In this document: positions 9,754-19,641 of the stretch, piece after piece
Layout of the letters: each line of letters opens with the position of its first letter
Numbering within the stretch: the stretch's first letter is position 1
Assembly (NCBI GenBank): GCA_005772855.1
Contig: SXIK01000196.1
Span: 2,100-66,099, forward strand
Reading direction: 5' to 3'
Source of the DNA: Planctomycetia bacterium
Lineage (GTDB): Bacteria > Planctomycetota > UBA8108 > SXIK01
DNA length: 64,000 nucleotides
Made by a program: the position numbers and the translations under genes
Notes under the pieces: model-generated
Told to the model about the DNA's origin: nothing
Seen by the model: only the letters and a program-made list of their open reading frames with translations
The model's database searches: none

Positions 9754-9800
9754 TCGGCGGTGAGCTCGAGGTGGTTGAAGACGCAGGGAAAATTTGATTG

Positions 9801-9910
9801 TACTCGTCGCGGGGGGAAGACCTACCCCGCATCGGGGCGCCTGGTGGCGCCCGCCCCCCCCTCGGCGCTCGAAAAGCGCCGGGCGCCTCGGGCGCTGACG
9901 GTGGGTGAGC
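9801..9910 (+). mobile_element. MITE-like repeat, 3'-truncated long form (copy 2)
   Basis: Begins TACTCGTCGCGG; contains CTCGGCGCTCGAAAAGCGCCGGGCGCCTC matching the reverse complement of 37650-37700; right terminal repeat missing. Confidence 0.65.
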
Positions 9911-10109
9911 CCTTCTGTTTCGTGAGATGGAGACGAAGCCTCCATGCGGTTCAATCAGGACCTGGAACCCCCTCCGGTCGCCGGGCCCGCCGTCGAGCTT
10001 GACGTGGGTCTGTGTCTCCTGATCGCCACCGGCTATTCAGCTTCCTCCGTGTGCGGTACGATCTGCATCTCGGGTCTCAATCTCAGAGAACCAGTTACCA
10101 GGAACATCC

Positions 10110-11744
10110 ATGCCGACCGATCTCCAGTACGAACAGTCCGTGATTAGACTTCCGATCCTCGAGATTGCTGCCAGGCTCGGCCTCAAGGAGTCCGAGGTGC
10201 TGCCGTATGGCCGCGTGATCGCAAAATTGCCCATCGGCAACGTCCGCAAGCCTTCAAAGGGCCTCGGGAAACTAGTCCTCGTGACGGCCATGACACCCAC
10301 GCCTTCTGGCGTCGGCAAGACAACGATCACGATTGGGCTTGGCGACGCCCTGAACCGAATTGGGAAGAAGGCAAGCGTTTGCCTTCGAGAACCCTCGCTC
10401 GGCCCCTACTTCGGGGTCAAGGGTGGTGGCACCGGCGGCGGCCGGTCGCAGCTCACGCCCGCCGAGGACATCAACATGCACTTCACCGGCGACATCTCCG
10501 CTGTCGGGAAGGCCACGAACCTGCTCGCCGCCCTCATCGACAACCACCTGCACCACAAGAACCGGCTCGACATCGATCAACGTCGCATATCGTGGCGCCG
10601 AACGCTCGACCTGAACGATCGAGCCCTGCGCAACATCGTGATCGGCCTGGGCGGTCCCCAGGACGGTATTCCCCGAAACGATGGGTTTCTCATTACCCCT
10701 GCTTCCGAGATCATGGCGATCCTGTGCCTGGCGGAGGACTTTCCCGATCTGCGCCGCCGCATCCGGAAGATCATTTTTGGATATACACGAAGCGGCGATC
10801 CTGTCTCGTGCGATCGTTTGAAGGCCGACGCGGCCATGGCGGTGCTGCTTCGCGATGCGATCCTGCCCAACCTCGTACAGACACTCGAGCGGACTCCTGC
10901 CTTCGTGCATGGCGGGCCCTTCGCGAACATCGCCCACGGCTGCTCCAGCGTGATCGCGACTCGCATGTCACTTGGGCTCTCCGAGTACACCGTGACCGAG
11001 GCCGGCTTCGGGGCCGACCTGGGCGGAGAGAAGTTCTTCGACATCAAGTGCCGGCTTGCGGGGCTCAAGCCAAACGTCGCCGTGATCGTCACCACGGTCA
11101 AGTCGGTCGACTACCACGGTGGCTACCAGAAGCATGGAGGGTTTGACAACTTGCGTCGCCACGTCGAGAACGTCCGCAAGTTCGGCGTGACGCCTGTCGT
11201 GGCCATCAACACCTTTCCTGACGACTCTCCTGCGGCTTTGAAGAAGCTGCGCAAGTTCGTGGAGAGGATGGGAGTTGCCTGCGGCGTCTCGCAGATGTAC
11301 TCGAAGGGCAGCGGGGGGGGAACAGAGCTCGCCGAGTTGGTGGTTGGGGCCGCCGAAAAAGGGAGATCACGCTTCAAGCCAATCTACAGGCTCGAATGTG
11401 GAATCCGTGAGAAGATTGAAACCATTGCGAAGGAAATTTACCGCGCCCGGAAGGTACACTTCGAGAAGCCGGCCGAGGAGATGATGGACAAGATCGAATC
11501 TCTGGGACATGGAAACCTTCCCATTTGCATGGCAAAGACGCAGATGTCCTTCACCGACAATCCGAAGGTCCGTGGGGCTCCGGAGGGCTTTGAGATCACC
11601 GTGAACCAGGTGAACTTGAGCGCCGGGGCTGGCTTCGTTGTGGCTCAGGCCGGCAATATCGTGACGCTGCCTGGCCTCCCCAGGGTGCCTGCGGCGGAAA
11701 GAGTCAAGATCGATGAGGAGGGTAACCTCCTTGGCATGGTGTGA
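10110..11744 (+). CDS. fhs: Formate--tetrahydrofolate ligase
   Basis: TAMTPTPSGVGKTT, LREPSLGP.FG.KGG, HGGPFANIAHG, TEAGFGADLG.EKF and CMAKTQ motifs. Confidence 0.97.
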   Translation: MPTDLQYEQSVIRLPILEIAARLGLKESEVLPYGRVIAKLPIGNVRKPSKGLGKLVLVTAMTPTPSGVGKTTITIGLGDALNRIGKKASVCLREPSLGPYFGVKGGGTGGGRSQLTPAEDINMHFTGDISAVGKATNLLAALIDNHLHHKNRLDIDQRRISWRRTLDLNDRALRNIVIGLGGPQDGIPRNDGFLITPASEIMAILCLAEDFPDLRRRIRKIIFGYTRSGDPVSCDRLKADAAMAVLLRDAILPNLVQTLERTPAFVHGGPFANIAHGCSSVIATRMSLGLSEYTVTEAGFGADLGGEKFFDIKCRLAGLKPNVAVIVTTVKSVDYHGGYQKHGGFDNLRRHVENVRKFGVTPVVAINTFPDDSPAALKKLRKFVERMGVACGVSQMYSKGSGGGTELAELVVGAAEKGRSRFKPIYRLECGIREKIETIAKEIYRARKVHFEKPAEEMMDKIESLGHGNLPICMAKTQMSFTDNPKVRGAPEGFEITVNQVNLSAGAGFVVAQAGNIVTLPGLPRVPAAERVKIDEEGNLLGMV

Positions 11745-13216
11745 GCAACCCGCAGAGCATCCCTGAGGTGATTCGTACGATTCCGCGACGGCCTCCACCC
11801 TTTGTGGTGCCGGCGACGAGGAAGCCGTGGGTCATGTTCGCGATTCTCACCGCCAATGTCAGCGTGTTCGTGGTCAAGACGATTTACGGCCGGGAGGGCG
11901 ATGAATGGGTTTTGAATCACCTGGCTCATGACAAGTTTGCCGTGGCCCAGGGCGAGCTCTGGCGTCTCTGGACGAGCACCTACCTGCACCCTGTGTGGAT
12001 CCACCTGGGCTTCAACATGCTCGTTCACTTCCAGATGGGGAGCGTCATCGAGCGAGTTCTCGGTCACTGGCGTTACTTCGTCCTCTACACGCTCTCGGGC
12101 CTTGGAGGAGCTCTGCTCTTCCAGTCTGCAGGAGCCTCGGGCGAGGGCATGGGGGCGTCGGGAGCGATCTACGGCGTGGCTGGTGCCTACGTGCTGATCG
12201 CGCTGGCGCGTACGCCGGAAGGGGACATTCGCCCCAACTTGAAGCTGATGGGCATGTGCGCCTTCTTCGTCGTGGGTGACCAGGTCTTTGCCTATGCCTG
12301 GGAGCAGGCGAACGGCGTCCTGCAGATTGCGCTGAGCGCGCATTTTGGCGGGCTAGTCTCGGGGCTTCTCCTCGGCTACGCACTTGTGCCGAGGCCGGCC
12401 GGGGTGGCACCTTCCGCCTCTCGCCGTCGCTGTGTCGCTGGAGCCATCTTCGGGTTGCTGGCTGTGGGAACAGGTTTGTATGGGATTGTGATCCTTGAGC
12501 ATCCAGAGAATCTGCCTCGATCCCTCCAGAGGGTCCTGGTTGAGCGAGCCAAGCTGGAAGCTCTCGAGAAGGAGATCAAGGCTGAGAAGTTTGAGGCGGC
12601 CGTGGATCTCTGGCGAAGCCTGGATCTCGGTGACGAGGCCGCAAGTCGCAGCGTCGGATACGGTCTCTTCGATGACCTCATGGCCGTGGGCAAGCAACCG
12701 CTCGCACAGGAAGTGTTAAATACACTCATCGCTTCCGCGGAGGCAGAGCTGGTAGCACGTTCCAGGGTGAAGTCGAAGGATCCGAAGCACGCACCTACCC
12801 ACGAGCTCTTCAATGAAATTGCGTGGTTACACGCGTTGAGGGGCACGAGCCTCGATGCTGCTTTACAGTTTGTCGACGAAGCCATCGCGCTACTGAATGC
12901 GGAGCGGACCGGCGTCTGGCGGTTTCTCCCTCGCAGCCGTGAGTCGCTCTTGCGCGAGAGCATGTACGTCAACACCCGCGGTTGGCTCCACCTCCGGCGC
13001 GGGGACGTCAGGGAGGCGATTGCGGATCTCGAGGCGGCAGCGAAGCTCATGCCCCTGGGCGCAAACTTCCTCTATCTTGCCCTCGCCCACGACCGCCTTG
13101 GCAATGCCAAGGCGGTGAAGGAAGCCGGCCGGAGCGCCGATTCCTGCCGCGATCAGCTTTCACCTTACGAGACAAAGCTTCTCGAGGAGCTGCGCGATTC
13201 GCTTGGCGGGTTTTGA
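11741..13216 (+). CDS. Rhomboid intramembrane serine protease with a C-terminal TPR-like region
   Basis: WRL, H..W.HL.FNM, GASG (catalytic Ser), AHFGG (catalytic His); TPR-like NEIAW and NTRGWLHLRRG; GTGA overlap with fhs. Confidence 0.88.
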   Translation: MSNPQSIPEVIRTIPRRPPPFVVPATRKPWVMFAILTANVSVFVVKTIYGREGDEWVLNHLAHDKFAVAQGELWRLWTSTYLHPVWIHLGFNMLVHFQMGSVIERVLGHWRYFVLYTLSGLGGALLFQSAGASGEGMGASGAIYGVAGAYVLIALARTPEGDIRPNLKLMGMCAFFVVGDQVFAYAWEQANGVLQIALSAHFGGLVSGLLLGYALVPRPAGVAPSASRRRCVAGAIFGLLAVGTGLYGIVILEHPENLPRSLQRVLVERAKLEALEKEIKAEKFEAAVDLWRSLDLGDEAASRSVGYGLFDDLMAVGKQPLAQEVLNTLIASAEAELVARSRVKSKDPKHAPTHELFNEIAWLHALRGTSLDAALQFVDEAIALLNAERTGVWRFLPRSRESLLRESMYVNTRGWLHLRRGDVREAIADLEAAAKLMPLGANFLYLALAHDRLGNAKAVKEAGRSADSCRDQLSPYETKLLEELRDSLGGF

Positions 13217-13219
13217 GGA

Positions 13220-14971
13220 TCACTCCGGTTTTGCCCACTCCGTGATCTGGGCCCTTTGCGACTTGCACCACTCCAGGAGGATCTTGCGGTAGGCCTCGGA
13301 CTTCCCGGGGTAGCGGGCGCTCAAGTCCACTCGCTCTGCTGGATCAAGGTGGACGTCGAAGAGTTTTGTGCGGCCTGACTCAATCTCGTGGATCGCCTTC
13401 CAGTTGCCATCACGGAGGCCAGCGAGGGCGAGTGAGTAGTCGGTAAGGAAAAGCGCCATGCGCTGGGGGCCATGCAGCAAGGATCGGCCTTGCCACTCCG
13501 ACGGCGCCTCGAGTCCGAGGAGGTCGAGGACCGTCGGTGCAAGGTCGATCAGGCTCGCGATCCGGCCCAGACGCTGGCCTTGCTCGATGATTCCGGACGC
13601 CAGAACCAAACAAGGCACGCGCACGTTTTCTTCCCAGATAAAGAAGGTGTGCCCGTAGTTTCCCTCGTGCTGGTTGAAGGCCTCGCCATGGTCGCCAGCG
13701 AAGAGGAAAACAGTATTGTTCTCAAGACCGCGCTGTTGAAGTCCCTGCAGGAGCTGTGCGAGCGCCGTGTCCGAGTAGTGGAGCGCGTTCTTGTGGCGGT
13801 CGGGCTCCTCGCGATCGGGGAAGGGGCCCTTCTCTGGCGTCTCGTAAGGGTGGTGACCCGCGACTGGGAGGTAAGTGGCGAAGAATGGAGAGCCGCTCGG
13901 CAGTGAGTCGATCCAGTCGAGAACTCGACGCACGGCAGAGGGCTCGTCGATACCGAAACTCGAGTTGTGGTTGCCGCCAATGTCGCCCGCGTCCTCGACC
14001 ACCTCGAAGCCACGGTCGCGTACGATCGCCTCCATCCCAAGGTACATGAACCGGCCCGAGTGGAAGAGGCCGGTCTTGTACCCATTCCGCGACAGGACGG
14101 CGGCGATCGATGGAACGTTTACGTTGCCATGCATCTCCGGCTTCGTGTCGAGTGCCGGATAGAGGGATGTGAGCACCGAGAAGAGCCCCTTGATACTCTC
14201 GGGGTAGACGCAGTAGGCAGCCTCGAAGAGCAGAGCTTGGTTGGCGAGGTGTGTCAGGTGGGGCATCGGGTCATCGTTCGCGCCGTAGGGCTTCAGGGAC
14301 CGCGAACCCGTTGACTCGAGCATCATGAGGACGATGTTTCGGCCGCGGGCCTTGCCACGGAGTCGGCTCAAGTCCTCTGCGGGCGCCGAGCCAAACGGGC
14401 TCTCACGCCAGTCTCCGGCAAGCGCCTTTGACTCAATGCGGGGCAGAAAGCTCGTGACGAGCACTGCCAGGGCGTTTCGGTCAGCACCGCCTGTATCGAC
14501 GCGAGCCGAGAGTGTCGGACCGACGGAGGCGAGCGCGAGGCCGAAGGTGCCTGCCAGCCAGCAGACCTTGCGAGGCGTCTTCCAGAGGGCCCATGGCAGC
14601 AAGGCCGCCGCCAGGAGCACAACACTGATCCAGCACAGGTTCTCTGGAATTACCTGTTGGCGGATCGAGTCGCCGAGCGTGCCTCGAGCGGCTCGCAGCA
14701 TGGGCCAGGTGAGGGGTGTCGAGAGTACCCGGGCGACGCCGACATTGACCGCCGTGTAAAAGGAGAGGCCACCGTAGAGAATCCAGCTCGGCCACGATGT
14801 CCCCCTTGCAATACGACAGAGGATCCAGTCGATGCCCGCGAAGACGAGCGCGGTGGCCGCATCCTGCGCCAGGAGGGAGAGTGGCAAGAGTGGAGAGAAG
14901 GGGACCGGGTGAAACGAGATCACGAGGGCTCTTGCCACCACGAAGACCCCGAAGAGGCTCAACGCTCGCAT
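13220..14971 (-). CDS. Membrane-anchored LTA-synthase/sulfatase-superfamily hydrolase/transferase
   Basis: N-terminal TM helices; MMLES, HHPY, GDHGEAF and LIDLAPT motifs; no CxPxR formylglycine motif. Confidence 0.8.
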   Translation of the reverse strand: MRALSLFGVFVVARALVISFHPVPFSPLLPLSLLAQDAATALVFAGIDWILCRIARGTSWPSWILYGGLSFYTAVNVGVARVLSTPLTWPMLRAARGTLGDSIRQQVIPENLCWISVVLLAAALLPWALWKTPRKVCWLAGTFGLALASVGPTLSARVDTGGADRNALAVLVTSFLPRIESKALAGDWRESPFGSAPAEDLSRLRGKARGRNIVLMMLESTGSRSLKPYGANDDPMPHLTHLANQALLFEAAYCVYPESIKGLFSVLTSLYPALDTKPEMHGNVNVPSIAAVLSRNGYKTGLFHSGRFMYLGMEAIVRDRGFEVVEDAGDIGGNHNSSFGIDEPSAVRRVLDWIDSLPSGSPFFATYLPVAGHHPYETPEKGPFPDREEPDRHKNALHYSDTALAQLLQGLQQRGLENNTVFLFAGDHGEAFNQHEGNYGHTFFIWEENVRVPCLVLASGIIEQGQRLGRIASLIDLAPTVLDLLGLEAPSEWQGRSLLHGPQRMALFLTDYSLALAGLRDGNWKAIHEIESGRTKLFDVHLDPAERVDLSARYPGKSEAYRKILLEWCKSQRAQITEWAKPE

Positions 14972-16158
14972 GGCAGCTCGGCAGGTTCGAGAAGGTTGAT
15001 TCGCTTCAGGAGCAGGGGTGAAACGACTGCGTTCCGTCCACGCACGTTCCAGATCCAGTCATGGATCAGCCACCGCCCTGATGCGGATTGGTAAAGGGCC
15101 TCACGGTCACCCTGAAAGGCGAGGGGGATCACGACCAGGTCGCTCGATCCGTGCACGATCGGATCAAACGCGGCGTGCACCAGCTCCACACGATCGCCAA
15201 GGAAGGGCCTGGCTCGCTCGAGGCTCTCGAGCGACACGTCGAGCACGATGATTCGAGCATGAGGCAGGAGCTTCTCAAGGATCAACGCCGTGCGGGGGAA
15301 GAGACCGCCGCCAACCACGGTGACGCTCTTGATCGGAGCGAGCCCACTCAGCAGCTCTCGCAGCGCGCGTTCGTGCGAGCGAAGAACGAAACCTTGAAGC
15401 CTCCTCGACCGTAGCACGATTCGCTCAAGCGAGTTGAGCGAGATCGCTTCCTGGAGCGTATCGATCCATCGAAGGACTGCTGGCCAACGGCTCGTGGGGG
15501 CGTTGGCCGCTCTCGTCCGCGGAAGCTCCGACCAGTGAAGCCCCGGAGCGGCATGGTGCTCGACGTGGTAGCCATCGTTGAAGAAGAGCCAGTTGTAGAG
15601 CCTGCCGTGGTGGCTGATCGTCCCCCTGGAGTGTTCGTAGTGGCCGTGAATGGAGCAAAGAGTGAGGCCGATGACGTAGCCTGGCAGATAAGCCGTAAAA
15701 AAGAACTGTGGAGCCGTGATTCCGAGCGTGGTTGAGACGCCCAGAATGAGGGAGATCTCGAGTGCAAGCCGTCCACTCCAGCGGAAGCTCCAACACCGAT
15801 TAGCGTGGTGGGCCAGGTGGCGCTCCCGCCAAATCGTCTGCGGGATGCCGAGCAAAGTCGTGAGGCAAAGCGAGAATGCCTCGTTCAGCCATCGAGCGCG
15901 GAAAAACGGCTTGTGGATGAAGCTGTGCGAAATGGTGTTGGAATTCCACCAGACGCCAAGGGCGACGACAGGTAGCGGGTTCACCGGTAGCGCACTTGCG
16001 CAGAGCAACAGGACGGCGTGTGTGGCCGTCAAGCCAATGAATAGAGCATCTTTGCGGGAATGCCGGAGTATTGCTGTGGATTCCATGGGGGCACTGGGAG
16101 GCCACGGAGCCTTTGAGGTCGGACCGCTGGGGTCTGCAGCCGCCCACATGGGCGTCAC
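14959..16158 (-). CDS. Fatty-acid-desaturase-family membrane di-iron enzyme fused to a C-terminal SAM/Rossmann-like domain
   Basis: His boxes HSFIH, HLAHH and DGYHVEHH; C-terminal VTVVGGGLFPRTA...IIVLD; start uncertain. Confidence 0.8.
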   Translation of the reverse strand: MTPMWAAADPSGPTSKAPWPPSAPMESTAILRHSRKDALFIGLTATHAVLLLCASALPVNPLPVVALGVWWNSNTISHSFIHKPFFRARWLNEAFSLCLTTLLGIPQTIWRERHLAHHANRCWSFRWSGRLALEISLILGVSTTLGITAPQFFFTAYLPGYVIGLTLCSIHGHYEHSRGTISHHGRLYNWLFFNDGYHVEHHAAPGLHWSELPRTRAANAPTSRWPAVLRWIDTLQEAISLNSLERIVLRSRRLQGFVLRSHERALRELLSGLAPIKSVTVVGGGLFPRTALILEKLLPHARIIVLDVSLESLERARPFLGDRVELVHAAFDPIVHGSSDLVVIPLAFQGDREALYQSASGRWLIHDWIWNVRGRNAVVSPLLLKRINLLEPAELPCER

Positions 16159-17135
16159 GGCGAGGTTGGAATCAATCCCGATTGCGGGAACGGCGGCGGC
16201 GGAGCCTGCCCACCCTGAAAGAGGTACATGAGCAGGTACACGGGATCGGTCAACGCCAACCCGCCGCTTCCGTCCATGTCGCCGGCAGCGAGCGGCTGCG
16301 GGGGCTTGCCGCCCGCGAACAGGTAGAGCAGGTCAAAAACGGCGTCGGAGAGGTCGACCTCAAGGTCGCCGTTGGCGTCGCCACGCAGAAACGGCAACTG
16401 AAAGCATGCGGACGCAGTTTGCCCCTGCCACTTGTCGTCAACAGCCCATACCCTCCAGGAATACTCCCGCCCGGCTTCAAGCTGAGTTGAGGGGGTCCAG
16501 GACGTCTTGTTATCTTCACCAGGCTGCACGTCGGCGCTATCGAGCCGCAGGCCGTTTGAGTGGAGCTCAAAGTTGTACACACTGTCGGCGTGCTCTGGCG
16601 TGAGGATATTACGCACCACCAGGGTGACCGGGCCAGGCGTCACGGCGCGCGATCCGTCCTGTGGTTGGAGCGGTCTCGCCAAGCTCAGGAGGTCCGCGAT
16701 CGGCTGGTACTCTGAGTTGCTTTGGAATTTCGTGAGGCCCTGCGCAATTGGATAGACGTCGGGCCTGCCGGGATCCTCACATCCGCCGCGAACGCTGCCA
16801 GTGAGCTGATAACGGCTCGCGAAACCGACGCACTCGTCCTTGCCAGCAAGCTCCGAAAGGTCGGACCACTCGCTGAGGGTCGCCTTCACGTTATTTGGAT
16901 CGACGGAGTAGTAAAGGAATCCGCGCACAGGAGGCTTGTAGGTATCCCCCATCCCGGGGCCTGTGTTGAGGGAGAACGCTCCCCAGATCTGCGTCCGTTC
17001 CGGCGCCTCCGCCGAAGGCTCGAAGACCACCTTGTCAACGATGGCATAGATCCCCACCGGGTCGCTCGCCCGCAGTGCCATGTCCGTGAGCAAGAAAGAA
17101 ACCAGGCACGTCACCATCCGCGAGGCATGACTCAT
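16155..17135 (-). CDS. Secreted protein: unknown N-terminal domain, FN3/Ig-like domain, dockerin-like domain
   Basis: Start MSHASR after GGAGG; signal peptide; SDPVGIYAIVDKVVFEP domain; YSWRVWAVD; FLRGDANGDLEVDLSDAV...AGDMDGSG...PPPPFP. Confidence 0.75.
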   Translation of the reverse strand: MSHASRMVTCLVSFLLTDMALRASDPVGIYAIVDKVVFEPSAEAPERTQIWGAFSLNTGPGMGDTYKPPVRGFLYYSVDPNNVKATLSEWSDLSELAGKDECVGFASRYQLTGSVRGGCEDPGRPDVYPIAQGLTKFQSNSEYQPIADLLSLARPLQPQDGSRAVTPGPVTLVVRNILTPEHADSVYNFELHSNGLRLDSADVQPGEDNKTSWTPSTQLEAGREYSWRVWAVDDKWQGQTASACFQLPFLRGDANGDLEVDLSDAVFDLLYLFAGGKPPQPLAAGDMDGSGGLALTDPVYLLMYLFQGGQAPPPPFPQSGLIPTSP

Positions 17136-17442
17136 GACTTTACCTCCCTGTGTGCGCAAGATCCGATGCCCTGAGAGACTGTTTATCATAAGGGGCACTG
17201 TCCCCGCCCTGGTAGCGAATCTTTTGCGCCCAACCAGCAGCCACGCTGCTTGAGGAAGCCGTCTCGGGTTACTTCCCCTGGGGCTCTCTGCTTCTTTCCC
17301 GAGGCTCCGGCGACTCTCCGATACAGTAAAGTGCATGGTTCGTGCGCAGCAGATCGCACCTGTAAGTGTGCCCTGCGCAAGAAGCGGATGCCCGGGTGTG
17401 GCGATTGCGGTGTTCGAGGACCTGGAGGCGCCAACTGAATTG

Positions 17443-18585
17443 TTAATCGCTGAGCGCCACCGCCTCGACGCGGCTCACGGACGGGTCGTCCTTTACCGGT
17501 CGCGCATGCCACCAGTTGGCGAGCAGCGATCCGGAGATATTCATCCAGGGCCCAAATATGGCGGGCGCGAGCGCCACGGAGGGGTTTTTTAGCACGTTGA
17601 TGGCAAGAGCCGACGCCATGCCGCCATTCTGCAAACCCACTTCAATGGCGACAGTGCGGCAAGATTTCTCGTCCAGCCCGGCGGCGCGGCTTCCCCAGTA
17701 CCCCAGGACGTAACCCGCTGTGTTGTGGAGTATCTCGGCGCCGAGAAGCAGGAGTCCCACGGTGAGCAACTGATCCCGGCCCACGGCAGTTATTACCACG
17801 ACGGCGACAAGAATGCCCGCCATGGACACGACGGGTAGAGAACGATCAAGCCATTTGGCCTTCCCGTGCAGGAACTTGTTGAAGAGTAGCCCTGCTCCCA
17901 CCGGAATGAGAGTGATGCGGAACACTCCAAGCATCATTTCAAGGAAGTCGATGGGGATGAACTGCCCGGCGAGCAACTTCATCCACATCGGGGTCAGAAT
18001 GGGCGAGCAGAGGGTCGCCAAGGCGGTGACGGTGACTGAAAGAGCGAGATTCGACCCCGCGATGTAGTTCATCACGTTCGAGGCGAGACCAGAGGGAACG
18101 CACCCGATGAGAATGACTCCCGCGGCCACATCGGGCGGGAATTGAATCGTCTTCGCAAGGGCAAACCCGACCAGCGGCATGATGGTGAATTGCAAAGTCA
18201 TTCCGACGATGACCCCCTTGGGCATGAGCAACACCTGGGTGAAGTCGCGCAGGCTCATGGTGGTTCCCATGCCGAACATGATGACCATCAGCACGGGTTC
18301 GATGAGCCCCGTGAGCTTGAACGATCCCCAGTACACGAAAGCCTGGGGATAAAACATGGCAGCAGCCACGCCGGCGAAAATCCAGGCGCTGAAAGCGTAA
18401 CCTTTGAGTGCCGCGCTCCCTCCTGCGTAGATTGCGAGGGCGCTCCACAGGGCGATAAATAATAGCCCTGTGTTCGAAAAGTGCCCGAGAGCGGACATCC
18501 CGAGGATCCCCAGGAGCGCCACAATGCTCAAAGCGAGAACCACATTGCGCAGGCCAGAATGCGCCCGTGCGGCTGAGTCGTTCAT
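17443..18585 (-). CDS. Bile acid:sodium symporter (BASS) family transporter
   Basis: IMFGMG, LQFTIMP, IGCVPSGLASNV and IEVGLQNGG motifs; start MNDSAA after GGAGG. Confidence 0.92.
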   Translation of the reverse strand: MNDSAARAHSGLRNVVLALSIVALLGILGMSALGHFSNTGLLFIALWSALAIYAGGSAALKGYAFSAWIFAGVAAAMFYPQAFVYWGSFKLTGLIEPVLMVIMFGMGTTMSLRDFTQVLLMPKGVIVGMTLQFTIMPLVGFALAKTIQFPPDVAAGVILIGCVPSGLASNVMNYIAGSNLALSVTVTALATLCSPILTPMWMKLLAGQFIPIDFLEMMLGVFRITLIPVGAGLLFNKFLHGKAKWLDRSLPVVSMAGILVAVVVITAVGRDQLLTVGLLLLGAEILHNTAGYVLGYWGSRAAGLDEKSCRTVAIEVGLQNGGMASALAINVLKNPSVALAPAIFGPWMNISGSLLANWWHARPVKDDPSVSRVEAVALSD

Positions 18586-19044
18586 GGACCCTCCGAGTGC
18601 CAGAAATTTTTTCCAGTAATTCCCAAGAAGTGCCCCGGGGCAAGTCGACAGGAGCCCAAGAGATGCCCGGGCACGCCAGATGCAACGCGCAAATTTACAG
18701 GACGAATCAGAAACCTCTTTGAGAGAAAGATATTTGTCAGCGCGCGGGATTCCCCAGTGAATTCCGGAGAGAGTTTCGTCCAGCTGCGCACTGAGGTCAA
18801 GGTGGAAAACGCTCCCGAGAAGCAGCGAAGGAGTCAGCTGACCGGGAATGCGCCGGCGAACGCCGCACACCAGCGGGGAGAGCCCGCGGTGCCATGCAGG
18901 GTGATTCTTGGCCAATCTATCCGCTTCCCCTGCGGCCGTGTGGATCGGTATGATTCTTGAACTTCAGACGTCTATTTGAGTCCCCAAGGGTAAACAACAA
19001 GAACTTTTTCTGGCGAAACTTTTCCCCCTCGACCATCCATATCC

Positions 19045-19641
19045 ATGAAACATCTGGAGAGCTTGGAAGCCGCCGAAGAGGCCAGGATGCTTGATGCCCA
19101 CGGGACAGCGGAGCAAATCAGGCGTGTCCTCTCGGGCGATTCTGCGGCTTTTCACGGTCTCGTGGAATCCCACGAGCGAGCCATTTTCGGCCTTTGTCGT
19201 CGTCTGCTTTTTGGTAACAACACGGAAGCCGAGGACCTCACGCAAGATACGTTTCTGCGGGCTTTTGAGAGTTTGGAGAGGCTGGAGGACCCGTTACGTT
19301 TCGCACCCTGGCTTTATCAGATCGCACGATCCCTTTGCCGCGATCGACGGCGCCGGCTCGATATCGAGAGCCGAGCCCTCGTCGAGCGGGGCGAGGTCTT
19401 GAGACGGTCTCTTCTCCCTCGAGGGGACGAGAGCGCGGAGTCCGAGTGCGTGCCATCGGCGCTGGAGGACTTGCCGCCAGAGGAACAAACGATCCTCGAC
19501 CTTCGCTACTTCCAGGGGCTTTCCTACGGGGAGATCGGGCAGAAGCTCTCGATGAGCTTTTCCCAGGTCGACCACTTGATCCGCAAGGCGAGAGCACGGC
19601 TCTCGCGGCGATACCTCGTGAGACAGCGTGTTGAGACCTAA
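19045..19641 (+). CDS. ECF RNA polymerase sigma factor
   Basis: AEDLTQDTFLRAF, F.PWLYQIAR and region 4 LRYFQGLSY.EI motifs. Confidence 0.93.
   Translation: MKHLESLEAAEEARMLDAHGTAEQIRRVLSGDSAAFHGLVESHERAIFGLCRRLLFGNNTEAEDLTQDTFLRAFESLERLEDPLRFAPWLYQIARSLCRDRRRRLDIESRALVERGEVLRRSLLPRGDESAESECVPSALEDLPPEEQTILDLRYFQGLSYGEIGQKLSMSFSQVDHLIRKARARLSRRYLVRQRVET

Noticed and set aside
9754-9954. N-terminal ORF extension sharing RRPAL.ERRGGGGR with ORF 37609
   Set aside because: The shared peptide is a translation of the repeat element, not a protein domain
9910-10110. ZTP/THF riboswitch before fhs; TPP riboswitch before the ThiO-like gene; cobalamin riboswitch before pduO
   Set aside because: Conserved cores not seen, or the gaps are too short
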